Positions 10,198 to 19,748 of a DNA stretch of 64,000 nucleotides are shown in pieces. Position 1 is the stretch's first letter; each line of letters begins with the position of its first letter. The notes beneath the pieces are model-generated. The model was given only the letters and a program-made list of their open reading frames with translations, was not told where the DNA came from and ran no database searches. A program made the position numbers and the translations under genes. The stretch comes from Candidatus Cloacimonadales bacterium. Lineage in GTDB: Bacteria > Cloacimonadota > Cloacimonadia > Cloacimonadales > JAIOQZ01. Where the stretch lies: NCBI GenBank assembly GCA_963665815.1, contig OY762463.1, forward strand, positions 2,976,001 to 3,040,000. The letters run 5' to 3'.

Positions 10198-11208
10198 ATG
10201 ATAGAATCAATTATATATAAAGATAACAAGATTACATTGCTCGACCAGACATTGTTGCCAATCGAAGAAAAATATATCAGTATTCCCGATTACAGAACAA
10301 TGATTGAGGCGATCAAAAAACTCAGAATTCGAGGAGCTCCTGCAATTGGTATTGCAGCAGCCTGGGGAATTTACCTTGCTGCGGAAGAATTCAAAGACAG
10401 TCCTGACTGGAAAGAAAAACTGGAAGAAGCTATATCTGAGATAGAAGCAAGCAGACCGACTGCCGTTAATCTCTTTAAAGCATCAGGTGAAATAAAAGTC
10501 CTGCTGGCTATCAGTGATTATGCCGACTGCTTTACAGAGACAGTTCGGGACTATGCTCTGAAACTAATGGAATACGAGAAAAATGCTTCAGTAATGATGG
10601 GTGTAAACGGTCTGGAAGAGATTTCTGACAATGCAGTTAACATCATGACGATCTGTAATACCGGTTCTCTCGCTACCTATGGTGAAGGAACTGCCCTTGC
10701 GGTGATCAGAGCACTGGCAGAGAAAAGAGACATCACTGTTTATGCCTGCGAAACAAGGCCATTATTACAGGGATCACGTCTGACCATGTGGGAGCTGATG
10801 AGATCCGGAATTGAATCCAGATTGATAACAGATGGTATGACCGGATCAATCATCAGAGACAAGGCTATAGACTGTATTGTTACCGGTGCCGACAGGATTG
10901 CGGCTAACGGGGATTCAGCAAATAAAATCGGTACATTCAATCTGGCAGTTCTGGCTAATCACTTTAATATTCCCTTCTATATTGCGGCTCCGGAATCAAC
11001 ATTCGACAGATCAATCAAAACCGGCGCTGAAATAAATATTGAGCAGAGAGATGCGGAAGAAGTAAAATTTGTACGGGGAACTCAGATTGCACCAGCCGAC
11101 TGTAAGGTGGAAAATCCGGCATTTGATGTTACTCCGTTTGAGCTGATTACTGGTATTATCACCGAAAAGAAAGTGTATAAGAATCCAGATGAAATACATA
11201 AAGCTTGA
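10198..11208 (+). CDS. mtnA: S-methyl-5-thioribose-1-phosphate isomerase
   Basis: LLDQTLLP, IRGAPAIG, SRPTAVNL, TICNTGSLAT, ETRPLLQGSRLT, GADRIAANGDSANKIGT, NPAFDVTP. Confidence 0.95.
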   Translation: MIESIIYKDNKITLLDQTLLPIEEKYISIPDYRTMIEAIKKLRIRGAPAIGIAAAWGIYLAAEEFKDSPDWKEKLEEAISEIEASRPTAVNLFKASGEIKVLLAISDYADCFTETVRDYALKLMEYEKNASVMMGVNGLEEISDNAVNIMTICNTGSLATYGEGTALAVIRALAEKRDITVYACETRPLLQGSRLTMWELMRSGIESRLITDGMTGSIIRDKAIDCIVTGADRIAANGDSANKIGTFNLAVLANHFNIPFYIAAPESTFDRSIKTGAEINIEQRDAEEVKFVRGTQIAPADCKVENPAFDVTPFELITGIITEKKVYKNPDEIHKA

Positions 11209-11248
11209 CACTAATAAACATTATTAGTAACAAACAAACAGGAATATC

Positions 11249-12373
11249 ATGAATGTATTAATAGAAAGACAGAAAGGATACAATCCGGAAGAAGTATACG
11301 GGATTATCAAAAGGATGTTTGAGTCCTGTGATCTTGCAGGTAAGCTTTCTGGTAAAGAGAGGATTCTTGTTAAGCCGAATCTGCTGGGTCCTTTTTCTCC
11401 CGAGAAAGCAGTTACGACTCATCCTGTTATTGTTGAAGCAGTTGTAAGGATTTTACTTGAGATGGGTAAGAAGGTAACAGTGGGAGACAGTCCCGGAGGG
11501 ACTTCCCCGATAAACGGTATTTACAAAGCAACAGGTCTCGAATACATTAAAGAAAAGTATCCCATTGAATTCGTCTGTTTTACAAAATCCGGTTTCAGAG
11601 AAATAAGCCACAATGGTATTGATTTTTATATTACAAAACCATTCTTTGAAGCTGATGCCGTGATAAATCTTGCTAAATATAAAACACACGGACTTATGCT
11701 GTACACAGGCTGTGTTAAGAACTTATACGGATTAATCCCCGGTTTAAGTAAAGCAACATATCACAAGCAGTTTCCAAGACCGTTCCAGTTTACCGAGGTT
11801 CTTCACGCCTTGTATGATTATACTTCGGCAAAGATTGCTTTCAATGTTCTGGATGGAATCTGGGGAATGGAAGGAGAAGGGCCTTCTGCCGGAACAAGAA
11901 GAGATTTCGGAGTCATTTTCGGAGGAGAGAAAGCTTCAGCTATTGACTGTATTGCCTCCGGTATGATGGGATATTCTCTGAAACAGGTAGAATATTTACA
12001 AAAAGCTCTTGAAGTTGACAGGATTAATCCTGACTCAATTGTTGTATCGTCGGAATTCAAAGGATTCAAATTCAGGAATGTCGATATAAAAAAAGTCCTG
12101 AGAAAGAGTTTTCTGTTTAACAGGCTTCCTAAATCGTTGGAAAAGATTATCAGACTTCTGTTCAGGTATCATCCAGATTTCAATGATAAGTGCCGGATGT
12201 GCGGAGTCTGTGTTGAGAGTTGTCCTGTAGATGCTATGATTCTAAATAAAGAAGAAAAAAAACCTGTGATAGACTTCTCGAAATGTATAAATTGTTTATG
12301 TTGCCATGAAATGTGTCCTCATCATGCGGTTTATATAAGAAAAAGCATGGTTGCAAAATTATTTATTAGATAG
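11249..12373 (+). CDS. DUF362 protein with C-terminal 2x[4Fe-4S] ferredoxin domain
   Basis: LVKPNLL, TTHP, KYKTH, KNLYG, GMEGEGPSAG; two CxxCxxCxxxCP motifs. Confidence 0.9.
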   Translation: MNVLIERQKGYNPEEVYGIIKRMFESCDLAGKLSGKERILVKPNLLGPFSPEKAVTTHPVIVEAVVRILLEMGKKVTVGDSPGGTSPINGIYKATGLEYIKEKYPIEFVCFTKSGFREISHNGIDFYITKPFFEADAVINLAKYKTHGLMLYTGCVKNLYGLIPGLSKATYHKQFPRPFQFTEVLHALYDYTSAKIAFNVLDGIWGMEGEGPSAGTRRDFGVIFGGEKASAIDCIASGMMGYSLKQVEYLQKALEVDRINPDSIVVSSEFKGFKFRNVDIKKVLRKSFLFNRLPKSLEKIIRLLFRYHPDFNDKCRMCGVCVESCPVDAMILNKEEKKPVIDFSKCINCLCCHEMCPHHAVYIRKSMVAKLFIR

Positions 12374-12378
12374 GTTAT

Positions 12379-12669
12379 ATGAAAAAGAAAGGTTTGTTGC
12401 TTAAGATTATTATAATATGCAGTATTGTATATATTGCTTTTTTTGATAAAGCCAGTTTTGTGCAGGTTTTCAAATCTAAGATGAGATACAAAAAATTGAA
12501 AAATGAGTCTGAAAGAATTGCGAGGGAGAACGAAAATCTGCGTAACAAGAATGAGAAACTGAAGAATGACCCATTCGAGTGGGAACGTATAGCACGTGAA
12601 AAACTTGGTATGCAGAAAGAAGGAGAAAACGTTTACAGATTTTATAATGACAAGGATGAAAAAAAATAA
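12379..12669 (+). CDS. ftsB: Septum formation initiator (FtsB/DivIC family)
   Basis: N-terminal TM helix, coiled coil, ERIAREKLGMQKEGE motif. Confidence 0.8.
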   Translation: MKKKGLLLKIIIICSIVYIAFFDKASFVQVFKSKMRYKKLKNESERIARENENLRNKNEKLKNDPFEWERIAREKLGMQKEGENVYRFYNDKDEKK

Positions 12670-12745
12670 TTTGAGAATTGACAATAAAAAGAATATGAAT
12701 AAATTTAATATGCAAAATTTCACAAAACATGAAAGGAGATTACTT

Positions 12746-15700
12746 ATGAGTAAAAAATTACTCTTATTAGCTCTTGTAGCTTTTTTATGCATGCCTTTTA
12801 CAATGGCTGCAGTTACGTTTTCAGAGCTGGAACCGATTGATATCGGGGCTATAGTCAACAGTGATGTAAATCACAACAACGAAAGATTAGACGTTACAAC
12901 ATTCCCTTGGACGGAAGACTTTGAAGGGGCTACATTCCCTCCAACAGACTGGACTGTACAAAATGATGCAGCTCCTAACACAATTTCTCAAGGTACAGAA
13001 AACCATACTGCAGGTGGTAGCCACTGTCTTGAATTCAATACAAGCCAGACTACTACATTGTACCAGCAAATCACTGTAACTCCATTAGTACATATGGATA
13101 ACCTTACTATTCCTTATATTACTTTCTGGGCTAAAAGATATGCAGATACATCAGAAACCTTTCTGTTCGGTATTGGAACTGACAATACTAATCTGGGTGG
13201 ATTTAGCTGGTATAACATGTCTCCATACATTTCATCAGATCTGAACTGGAATGAAGTAACCTTAAACCTTACAGGCTTAACAGGAAACTTATATTTCGGT
13301 ATTGGAGTTTCTAACGCTGCTGCAGGTGGAAGCGTTGGTATTGATGATGTTTCAATTTATGATGGTGGAGCTCTTTCCGGAACAGTTACACTCGACAATG
13401 GTGGAGATGTTACTTTAGTAGACATTACATTTAATGGTGTTACAACTAACCCTGATGCTAACGGTGTTTATGATTTCTTCTCTCCAGTTGATGTTACTTC
13501 TGATTTAACTGCTGTTTTCCCCGGGTACGCAGACTATTCCCAAACTGCTGTAACAATCACTGCTGGATCTACAAACACTGTAGACTTCACAATGAATGCT
13601 GTTACAGGTTATGTTGTTAGCGGATTTGTTGATGCAAATGATAATCCTAATGTAGGTGTTGATGGTGCAACAGTTACAATCAGCAATGCTGCATTATCTT
13701 ATAGTGGTACTACAGATGCAAGTGGTAACTATTCTATTGCCAATGTTGCTCCAAACACAGACTTAAATCTCATAGTGAGCCAAAATGGTTACATGCCTTA
13801 TTCTGTAACTATAAACATTTCTGCAGACCATACTGAAGATGTAACTATCAATGAAATTGTTGCAGTACCTGGAAATGTTGTTGCAACTGCTCAAGGCGAT
13901 GACATGAACGTAACATGGGATGCAGTTTTGGGTGATTTCGTTCTTGATAATGGTACTGTTGACGGACAATTAGGTTTCAGTACTGCTACTGCTAATTCAG
14001 TAATGGGTACACTGTTCATGAATAATGCTTTAATTGAGCAAGTATCATGGTATTTAACAGACGAATCCGGTCCACATGATAATGTAAATATTCTCATTCT
14101 CGGTGCAAATGCAAACGCTCCTGATATAAACAATATTCTTTACCATTCAGCTACAATTGCCAATACAGATGGTCAATGGAACACTCATACACTCCCACAA
14201 CCAATCAGTGCTCCAAACGGTTTCTTTGTTGGTGTTCAGTACAATGGATTCGTTGCACTGGCTCTTGATGATCATGATCAAACCAACAACACACCTGGTA
14301 CACAATGGGCTATTCATGACTATACTGATTTAACAGGAGCTCCATCAGATATTTCAGGATCAGGTTTCTATGGTCACTTTCTCATGAGAGCTCATGGTGC
14401 GGATTTAGGTCCTGTAACAAGATCTGTTACACGTTCATCTTTCAATGCAGATAACAACATTTCATACATTGAAAATAGAACTCCATATTTTGTTGGTTCA
14501 CCGGAAGTTCTGTCACCTTCAGAACGTCAGCTTATTGATTTCAGCGTTTACAGATTTGCTGAAGCTGATATGGACAACATGGCAAACTGGACTTTACTTA
14601 CAGATAACGAAACTAATACAAACTATCTTGATACTTCTTGGAATACATTAACTGCAGGTATCTATTATTATGCTGTAAGTGCTGAATATACAACAGGTAC
14701 ATCTGCTCCAACTATTTCAGACTGGGTTGCTGCCGATATGGATGCAATTGTTACTGTTGAAATAGGAACTGATTCAGGTGATCCTATAGTTGGCACTGAA
14801 GTAAGACTTTCCGAAGTTGATGGAGATCACTCATATACTGCAAACGTTACAACAGGTAACTCAGTTACATTCCCTTCAGTGTGGAGATCTCGTTATGATG
14901 TAGTAGTTAACATGGAAAATCACTCAATGGAAATGCCTATTGAAAACTACAACTGTACTTCCGACTCAGTTCATATTGTTGCTCTTATGGCTGAAGACAG
15001 AATGACTCTTGATTACATGACTGCTACAATTAACAATTCAGCAGTTGATCTGGAATGGTTTGCAGTTCAGTCAGGTTTCGAAAACGTACTTCTTGTAGAT
15101 GATGATGCAAGTGCATATAATACAAGTTATGTGGATGTTACTCCTGCATATCAGGCTCTTTTCAATACTCTTGGTATTCAGTTAACTGTTATAGATTTAA
15201 CAACTGAATATCAGGATGGTCCTGATGCAGCAACAATGCTTCCATACGATCTTGTAATCTGGGATACTGGCGCATGCTTCTCAGATGGAAGATCCCTTTC
15301 AGATAATGACCATACAAATCTCGCTGCATACCTTAATAATGGTGGTAAACTGATTCTTTCTGCTCCAGAATACCTTTATGACAGATTTACTGGTCTTGGT
15401 GCTTTCAGTGCCGGCGATTTCCCTTATGATTATCTTGGTGTAGCAAGTGCAACTCAAGACGCTATTACTCTAACAGCTTCAGCAACACTTAATGGTGCTG
15501 CAGGATCTTATGTAGATGGTTATTCTGTTAATCAGGGTGTTAATTTACACATTCAGGATATGGATACATTAGTTCCAAATAATAATGGTATGGTCTTTGC
15601 AACTGTTGTATCTGGTGGAAACTATGATATTGGTGTTCAAACAGCTAATACAATTTTCTTTGCCGGATCTCTTTCAGGTTTAGAAGATGGTACAAATACT

Positions 15701-16231
15701 GTTGTTGAATTTGTGACAGCAGCTATGGCAGGTCTTTCTACTGCAAGCAGAAATGATAGATCATTCACAGGTTATAAAATCATGAGAAACGGTGAAGAAC
15801 TTGTAACTGGTATTCAGGGAACAACATTTACAGATGATGCTCCTGTTGCCGGTACAAATGCTTATGAAGTATATGCAGAATATTCATCAGGAAACTCAAA
15901 TACTGTAACAGCAAGCGTACACATTGATAGTAACGGTGAAGAAGTAAATCAATTCAAAGATGAAGTTTATGGAAACTATCCTAACCCATTCAACCCTACA
16001 ACACAAATCAAATTCTCACTTGCAAAAGCAGGAAACGTAGAAATTGATATCTACAACATTAAAGGTCAGAAAGTAAAAACTCTCCTTAATGAGAAACGCG
16101 AAGCAGGACAGAATTCAGTTGTATGGAATGGTACTGATGATACAGAAAAATCAGTTGGTTCAGGTGTTTACTTCTATAAAGTAAAAGCTTCTACATTCAC
16201 AACTATCAATAAAATGATAATGCTTAAGTAA
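12746..16231 (+). CDS. Large secreted multidomain surface protein: MAM/cleaved-adhesin-like, carboxypeptidase-regulatory-like Ig, FN3, T9SS-type CTD
   Basis: ATG 12746 after AAGGAG; signal peptide; FPWTEDFE..FPPTDW; TTDASGNYSI; C-terminal NYPNPFNP...GVYFYK...KMIMLK. Upstream TTGACA 12678 and TAAATT 12700. Confidence 0.88.
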   Translation: MSKKLLLLALVAFLCMPFTMAAVTFSELEPIDIGAIVNSDVNHNNERLDVTTFPWTEDFEGATFPPTDWTVQNDAAPNTISQGTENHTAGGSHCLEFNTSQTTTLYQQITVTPLVHMDNLTIPYITFWAKRYADTSETFLFGIGTDNTNLGGFSWYNMSPYISSDLNWNEVTLNLTGLTGNLYFGIGVSNAAAGGSVGIDDVSIYDGGALSGTVTLDNGGDVTLVDITFNGVTTNPDANGVYDFFSPVDVTSDLTAVFPGYADYSQTAVTITAGSTNTVDFTMNAVTGYVVSGFVDANDNPNVGVDGATVTISNAALSYSGTTDASGNYSIANVAPNTDLNLIVSQNGYMPYSVTINISADHTEDVTINEIVAVPGNVVATAQGDDMNVTWDAVLGDFVLDNGTVDGQLGFSTATANSVMGTLFMNNALIEQVSWYLTDESGPHDNVNILILGANANAPDINNILYHSATIANTDGQWNTHTLPQPISAPNGFFVGVQYNGFVALALDDHDQTNNTPGTQWAIHDYTDLTGAPSDISGSGFYGHFLMRAHGADLGPVTRSVTRSSFNADNNISYIENRTPYFVGSPEVLSPSERQLIDFSVYRFAEADMDNMANWTLLTDNETNTNYLDTSWNTLTAGIYYYAVSAEYTTGTSAPTISDWVAADMDAIVTVEIGTDSGDPIVGTEVRLSEVDGDHSYTANVTTGNSVTFPSVWRSRYDVVVNMENHSMEMPIENYNCTSDSVHIVALMAEDRMTLDYMTATINNSAVDLEWFAVQSGFENVLLVDDDASAYNTSYVDVTPAYQALFNTLGIQLTVIDLTTEYQDGPDAATMLPYDLVIWDTGACFSDGRSLSDNDHTNLAAYLNNGGKLILSAPEYLYDRFTGLGAFSAGDFPYDYLGVASATQDAITLTASATLNGAAGSYVDGYSVNQGVNLHIQDMDTLVPNNNGMVFATVVSGGNYDIGVQTANTIFFAGSLSGLEDGTNTVVEFVTAAMAGLSTASRNDRSFTGYKIMRNGEELVTGIQGTTFTDDAPVAGTNAYEVYAEYSSGNSNTVTASVHIDSNGEEVNQFKDEVYGNYPNPFNPTTQIKFSLAKAGNVEIDIYNIKGQKVKTLLNEKREAGQNSVVWNGTDDTEKSVGSGVYFYKVKASTFTTINKMIMLK

Positions 16232-16250
16232 TCTCTCAACTAACATATAC

Positions 16251-16279
16251 AAAAGGCTGCCGTCTGGCGGCCTTTTTTT
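16251..16279 (+). terminator. Intrinsic terminator (possibly bidirectional)
   Basis: AAAAGGCTGCC-GTCT-GGCGGCCTTTTTTT. Confidence 0.85.
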
Positions 16280-16346
16280 GTGCGGGGAAACCCCTGGTTG
16301 ATGTTATTAATGATACTTTCTCTTCTAAATACAGGAAGTTTTGCAG

Positions 16347-16403
16347 CACCACTAAATCCCCTCTATCAAGAGGGGTGGCCACCGAAGGTGGACGGGGTGG
16401 GTA
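16347..16403. repeat. GC-rich double-hairpin palindromic element (REP/MITE-like)
   Basis: CCCCTCT-ATCA-AGAGGGG followed by CCACC-GAA-GGTGG and ACGGGGTG. Confidence 0.55.
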
Positions 16404-16654
16404 GAATCAACCATTGATATTTCTTTTTAAAACAACGAAAAAATGCTCACATTGAAAACAAGTCAGGGAATATGTTTTGCAGAGAATAAGGCTCGAATCT
16501 GATTCAGGCTGCATCAATATGCTGTATGTATTGGAAGGGACTATAAGAGGAGTCCGGTGGCACAGTCTGTCGAAAGAGGTTAAGGAAGAACTGAAGAGAG
16601 AGCTTAAGAAGCTTGATAGTTGAGCTAGTTGCTTTAAGTCTTGATTACGATTAA

Positions 16655-18064
16655 TCAATCGGGACTTGTTATACCTGTACAGCTCAATTTAGTCAAGTCT
16701 TCAGGAGTAAATAGGTAAAGTGAAGTACTGTTAGCACTGTAATCTTCTAATTCTCTGGAGAATCCTGATTTTGAGAACAGGCAGTAGATTTTGCGTTTAC
16801 TGTTTTGCATATTAACAAGCATGCTTTTATTCTGCAAATCATGTAAGACTTTCATACCTGTTTCCCTATCTGTCCACTTGCATTCTCCGAATAGCATCTC
16901 ATTTTCCGAGCCGATAGCAACAACATCAATTTCTTCATTTTTGTTCCACCATCGACCTGATTTAAGCCAGATATATGGCATGTTAACCCGATAAATGAAT
17001 TCTCTGCATATATCTTCAAAAACTCCGGATACGTGATATACAATATCTTTTCTGATTTTCTCTATTACAAATTCGGTGTTTCCGCGTTCCAGATAGCTCT
17101 GATAAGGAAAAACAAATCTGAACCAGAAACGAAGGAAATTATCTTTTATAAAGTACAGCCCTGACTTACTTTTCTCAGGATTAGACTCAGTAATTGGAAC
17201 TTGTCTTTCAAGTATATCCAGATCAATCAGTTTTTTGATATAAGCTGTAAGTTTGCTAGCACTAACCCCCAATTTACTGGTTATAGTGCTCATCTTATGG
17301 TTTCCCAGAGAAATAGCTGCCAGAATAGAAAAGTAGGAGGATACATCGGATACTTCTTCCCTTAAAAGAAATCTAGGTTCATAGTACAGAAATTTATTTT
17401 TATTCAGCACTTCCTTCCGGATCGTATTAATAAAAGTTCTTCCCATATGAAATTGCTCTACATATTTGGGGATTCCTCCGGTTACGCTGTAATATTCTAT
17501 TAGTTTTTCATGATTTATACTATAGAATTCGGAATAATAAGGGAACTCAATAGGCTGAAGTTTTATCTGAGCTGTTCTTCTCCCGTATAACGGACTATCA
17601 TAGGCTAAAGTCTGATTATACATCATACTTATAAGAGATCCGCACAAAATTATCATGACATTATGATTTTTAAGAATAGTATCGTATAATCTCTGAAAAA
17701 TTGCCGGGAAATCTTTATTAGATCTGTGCAGATTCTGAAATTCATCAATTGCTATAACAAATTTTTCATCAGGATTTATTTTGGTTATAAGCATCCTGAA
17801 AAGAGAGTCCCACGATTTAATTTCAATATCGTCTAACAAATCATCATTAAATGTCTCTGAGATCTGCATCTGAAATCTTTTCATCTGGCTCAGCTCGTTC
17901 TGTGTGTCCGCAAAAAAATACAATGACGGTTTGTCTTCCAGAAACTTGTTTATCAGAGTTGTTTTACCCGTTCTTCTTCTTCCGTATATAACTACAAAAG
18001 AATTATCTACATACCGATATTCTTCACTCAGCATTTCCAGCTCATTTTTTCTGTTAATAAACAT
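16655..18064 (-). CDS. AAA+ ATPase (archaeal ATPase type) with wHTH and C-terminal DUF234 nuclease-like domain
   Basis: FINRKNEL, IYGRRRTGKT, IAIDEFQ, TGGIPKY, DNFLRFWFRF, EEIDVVA...GECKW. Confidence 0.92.
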   Translation of the reverse strand: MFINRKNELEMLSEEYRYVDNSFVVIYGRRRTGKTTLINKFLEDKPSLYFFADTQNELSQMKRFQMQISETFNDDLLDDIEIKSWDSLFRMLITKINPDEKFVIAIDEFQNLHRSNKDFPAIFQRLYDTILKNHNVMIILCGSLISMMYNQTLAYDSPLYGRRTAQIKLQPIEFPYYSEFYSINHEKLIEYYSVTGGIPKYVEQFHMGRTFINTIRKEVLNKNKFLYYEPRFLLREEVSDVSSYFSILAAISLGNHKMSTITSKLGVSASKLTAYIKKLIDLDILERQVPITESNPEKSKSGLYFIKDNFLRFWFRFVFPYQSYLERGNTEFVIEKIRKDIVYHVSGVFEDICREFIYRVNMPYIWLKSGRWWNKNEEIDVVAIGSENEMLFGECKWTDRETGMKVLHDLQNKSMLVNMQNSKRKIYCLFSKSGFSRELEDYSANSTSLYLFTPEDLTKLSCTGITSPD

Positions 18065-18175
18065 TCTGACTCCAATTAATATAATCCATATTATTATAAT
18101 CTATATTATATTAATGTTTTATTCATGTCAAGATAGATTTTATCATAAGCGCTAAAAGGTTATAGTTCTTCTCAT

Positions 18176-18515
18176 CCGCGCAGAGGCAAGGGACGGTTGT
18201 CTTAGGTATCGGAGTATGTCGACTATGACGATTTCGCATTGACACAGTCAATGCACTCCAAAATAGTCTTTTAGAGGCTGTCTGCAACATCATTCGCAAA
18301 CACTAGTTTCCATTACGAAGGCGAAATGACAAATCTCTTTCTGCTTGAGCTTTGACTTGAAACTCCTTAGTATTTCTATAAAAGAAGAGACGTTGCATGC
18401 AACGTCTCTACAGTATTTAATATATTTTCATGTTTTCCCCTTGCGAATGTACTTGGACCCGTAGATGTTTTCGAAGAAACACATCCAGTGAAGTTCGCAA
18501 TGGTTGGAAAACAAA
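18176..18515. repeat. Mosaic cluster of REP-like palindromes
   Basis: Four distinct hairpin units (18176, 18236, 18386, 18461), each recurring at 52.0-52.2 kb and/or 54.05-54.17 kb. Confidence 0.8.
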
Positions 18516-18533
18516 GGTTTTGCATGTGAAAAA

Positions 18534-19748
18534 TTACTTCAGAATCTTTTGTACTCTCGGAGCTCTGATTCTGTGAGCAGCAGGTAAGCCTGAGCCGAGT
18601 AAAGGTCTTACATAGAACTTAAATGCATCTGTGATATGATTTCCTTCTGCATTAATGAATTCATCAGGCATTACTCTTGTTTTTCCGGCAACATCTGCCA
18701 GAGGAACAATCTGATAATCCACAGAATAATATCCTGTTCTCTTGATTGTGATTGATCCGTCAAGATCGTACCATATAGCGAATTGAGCGGCTTTTTCACC
18801 AACCTCTCTTGCTTCGTACTGGTCTACATCGGAAACACAGCCTATGAATGATCTCTGGAGATAACCGAATGTATCGGATCTTACACGTTTGATGTCTGTA
18901 TGTTTTTTGATGTGATCGGCAAGAAGGTCACCCAGCATACCGTTTCCGGAAAGCTGAACATTACCATGAGCATCTTTTTCCACATCGTTAACAAGTTTTG
19001 TGATAATAGGTTTACCATCTTTACCACAGATACCTTCGGAAACAGCTATAACACATCTACCATATTTTTTATAGGCATTTTTAACATCTACAATGAATTT
19101 ATCGAGATCAAATACTCTCTCAGGAAGATATATAAGATGAGGACCATCATCCGGATATTTCTGAGCAATACTTGCAGCGGCTGTGAGGAAACCGGCATGT
19201 CTACCCATAACAATACCAATGTATACGCCAGGGATAGCTCTGTTATCCAGATTTGCACCAATGAATGCCTGTGTCACAAATCTTGCAGCGGATCCGTAAC
19301 CGGGAGTGTGGTCATTAAGTACTAAATCATTATCTATGGTTTTGGGGATATGAATTGCTCTGAAATCATAGCCTGCTTTTTCAGCTTCGTTATTAACAAT
19401 CCTTACAGTGTCAGATGAATCATTTCCACCAATATAGAAGAAATAACGGACATGATGTGCTCTGAGTGCTCTGAATATTTCTTTGCAGTACTTTTCATCC
19501 GGTTTGTCACGTGTTGAAAGCATTCCTGAAGAAGGTGTGATTGCAATCTGTTCAAGATTGTTTGTTGTTTCCTGAGTCAGATCAAGAAAGTCTTCGTTAA
19601 TGATTCCTGATACACCGTGAACTGCACCGTAAACTCTTGTAATTTGCTGGAATTTTCTTGATTCAAGTACTACTCCAACGAGGGACTGATTAATAACAGC
19701 AGTTGGTCCACCACCTTGAGCGACAACCACTTTGCCTTGTAAAGCCAT
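18534..19748 (-). CDS. pfp: Phosphofructokinase, probably PPi-dependent
   Basis: QGGGPTAVIN, GGNDS, PKTIDND and MGRHAGFL; the Asp in GGND and Lys in PKT are PPi-type signatures. Confidence 0.85.
   Translation of the reverse strand: MALQGKVVVAQGGGPTAVINQSLVGVVLESRKFQQITRVYGAVHGVSGIINEDFLDLTQETTNNLEQIAITPSSGMLSTRDKPDEKYCKEIFRALRAHHVRYFFYIGGNDSSDTVRIVNNEAEKAGYDFRAIHIPKTIDNDLVLNDHTPGYGSAARFVTQAFIGANLDNRAIPGVYIGIVMGRHAGFLTAAASIAQKYPDDGPHLIYLPERVFDLDKFIVDVKNAYKKYGRCVIAVSEGICGKDGKPIITKLVNDVEKDAHGNVQLSGNGMLGDLLADHIKKHTDIKRVRSDTFGYLQRSFIGCVSDVDQYEAREVGEKAAQFAIWYDLDGSITIKRTGYYSVDYQIVPLADVAGKTRVMPDEFINAEGNHITDAFKFYVRPLLGSGLPAAHRIRAPRVQKILK

Noticed and set aside
12596-12745. Extended N-terminus of the 1211-aa ORF
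   Set aside because: Overlaps ftsB; the RBS and signal peptide support ATG 12746.
12331-12858. 175-aa minus-strand ORF and the many other short antisense/overlapping ORFs in the track
   Set aside because: Shadow frames of well-supported genes, without motifs or RBS.
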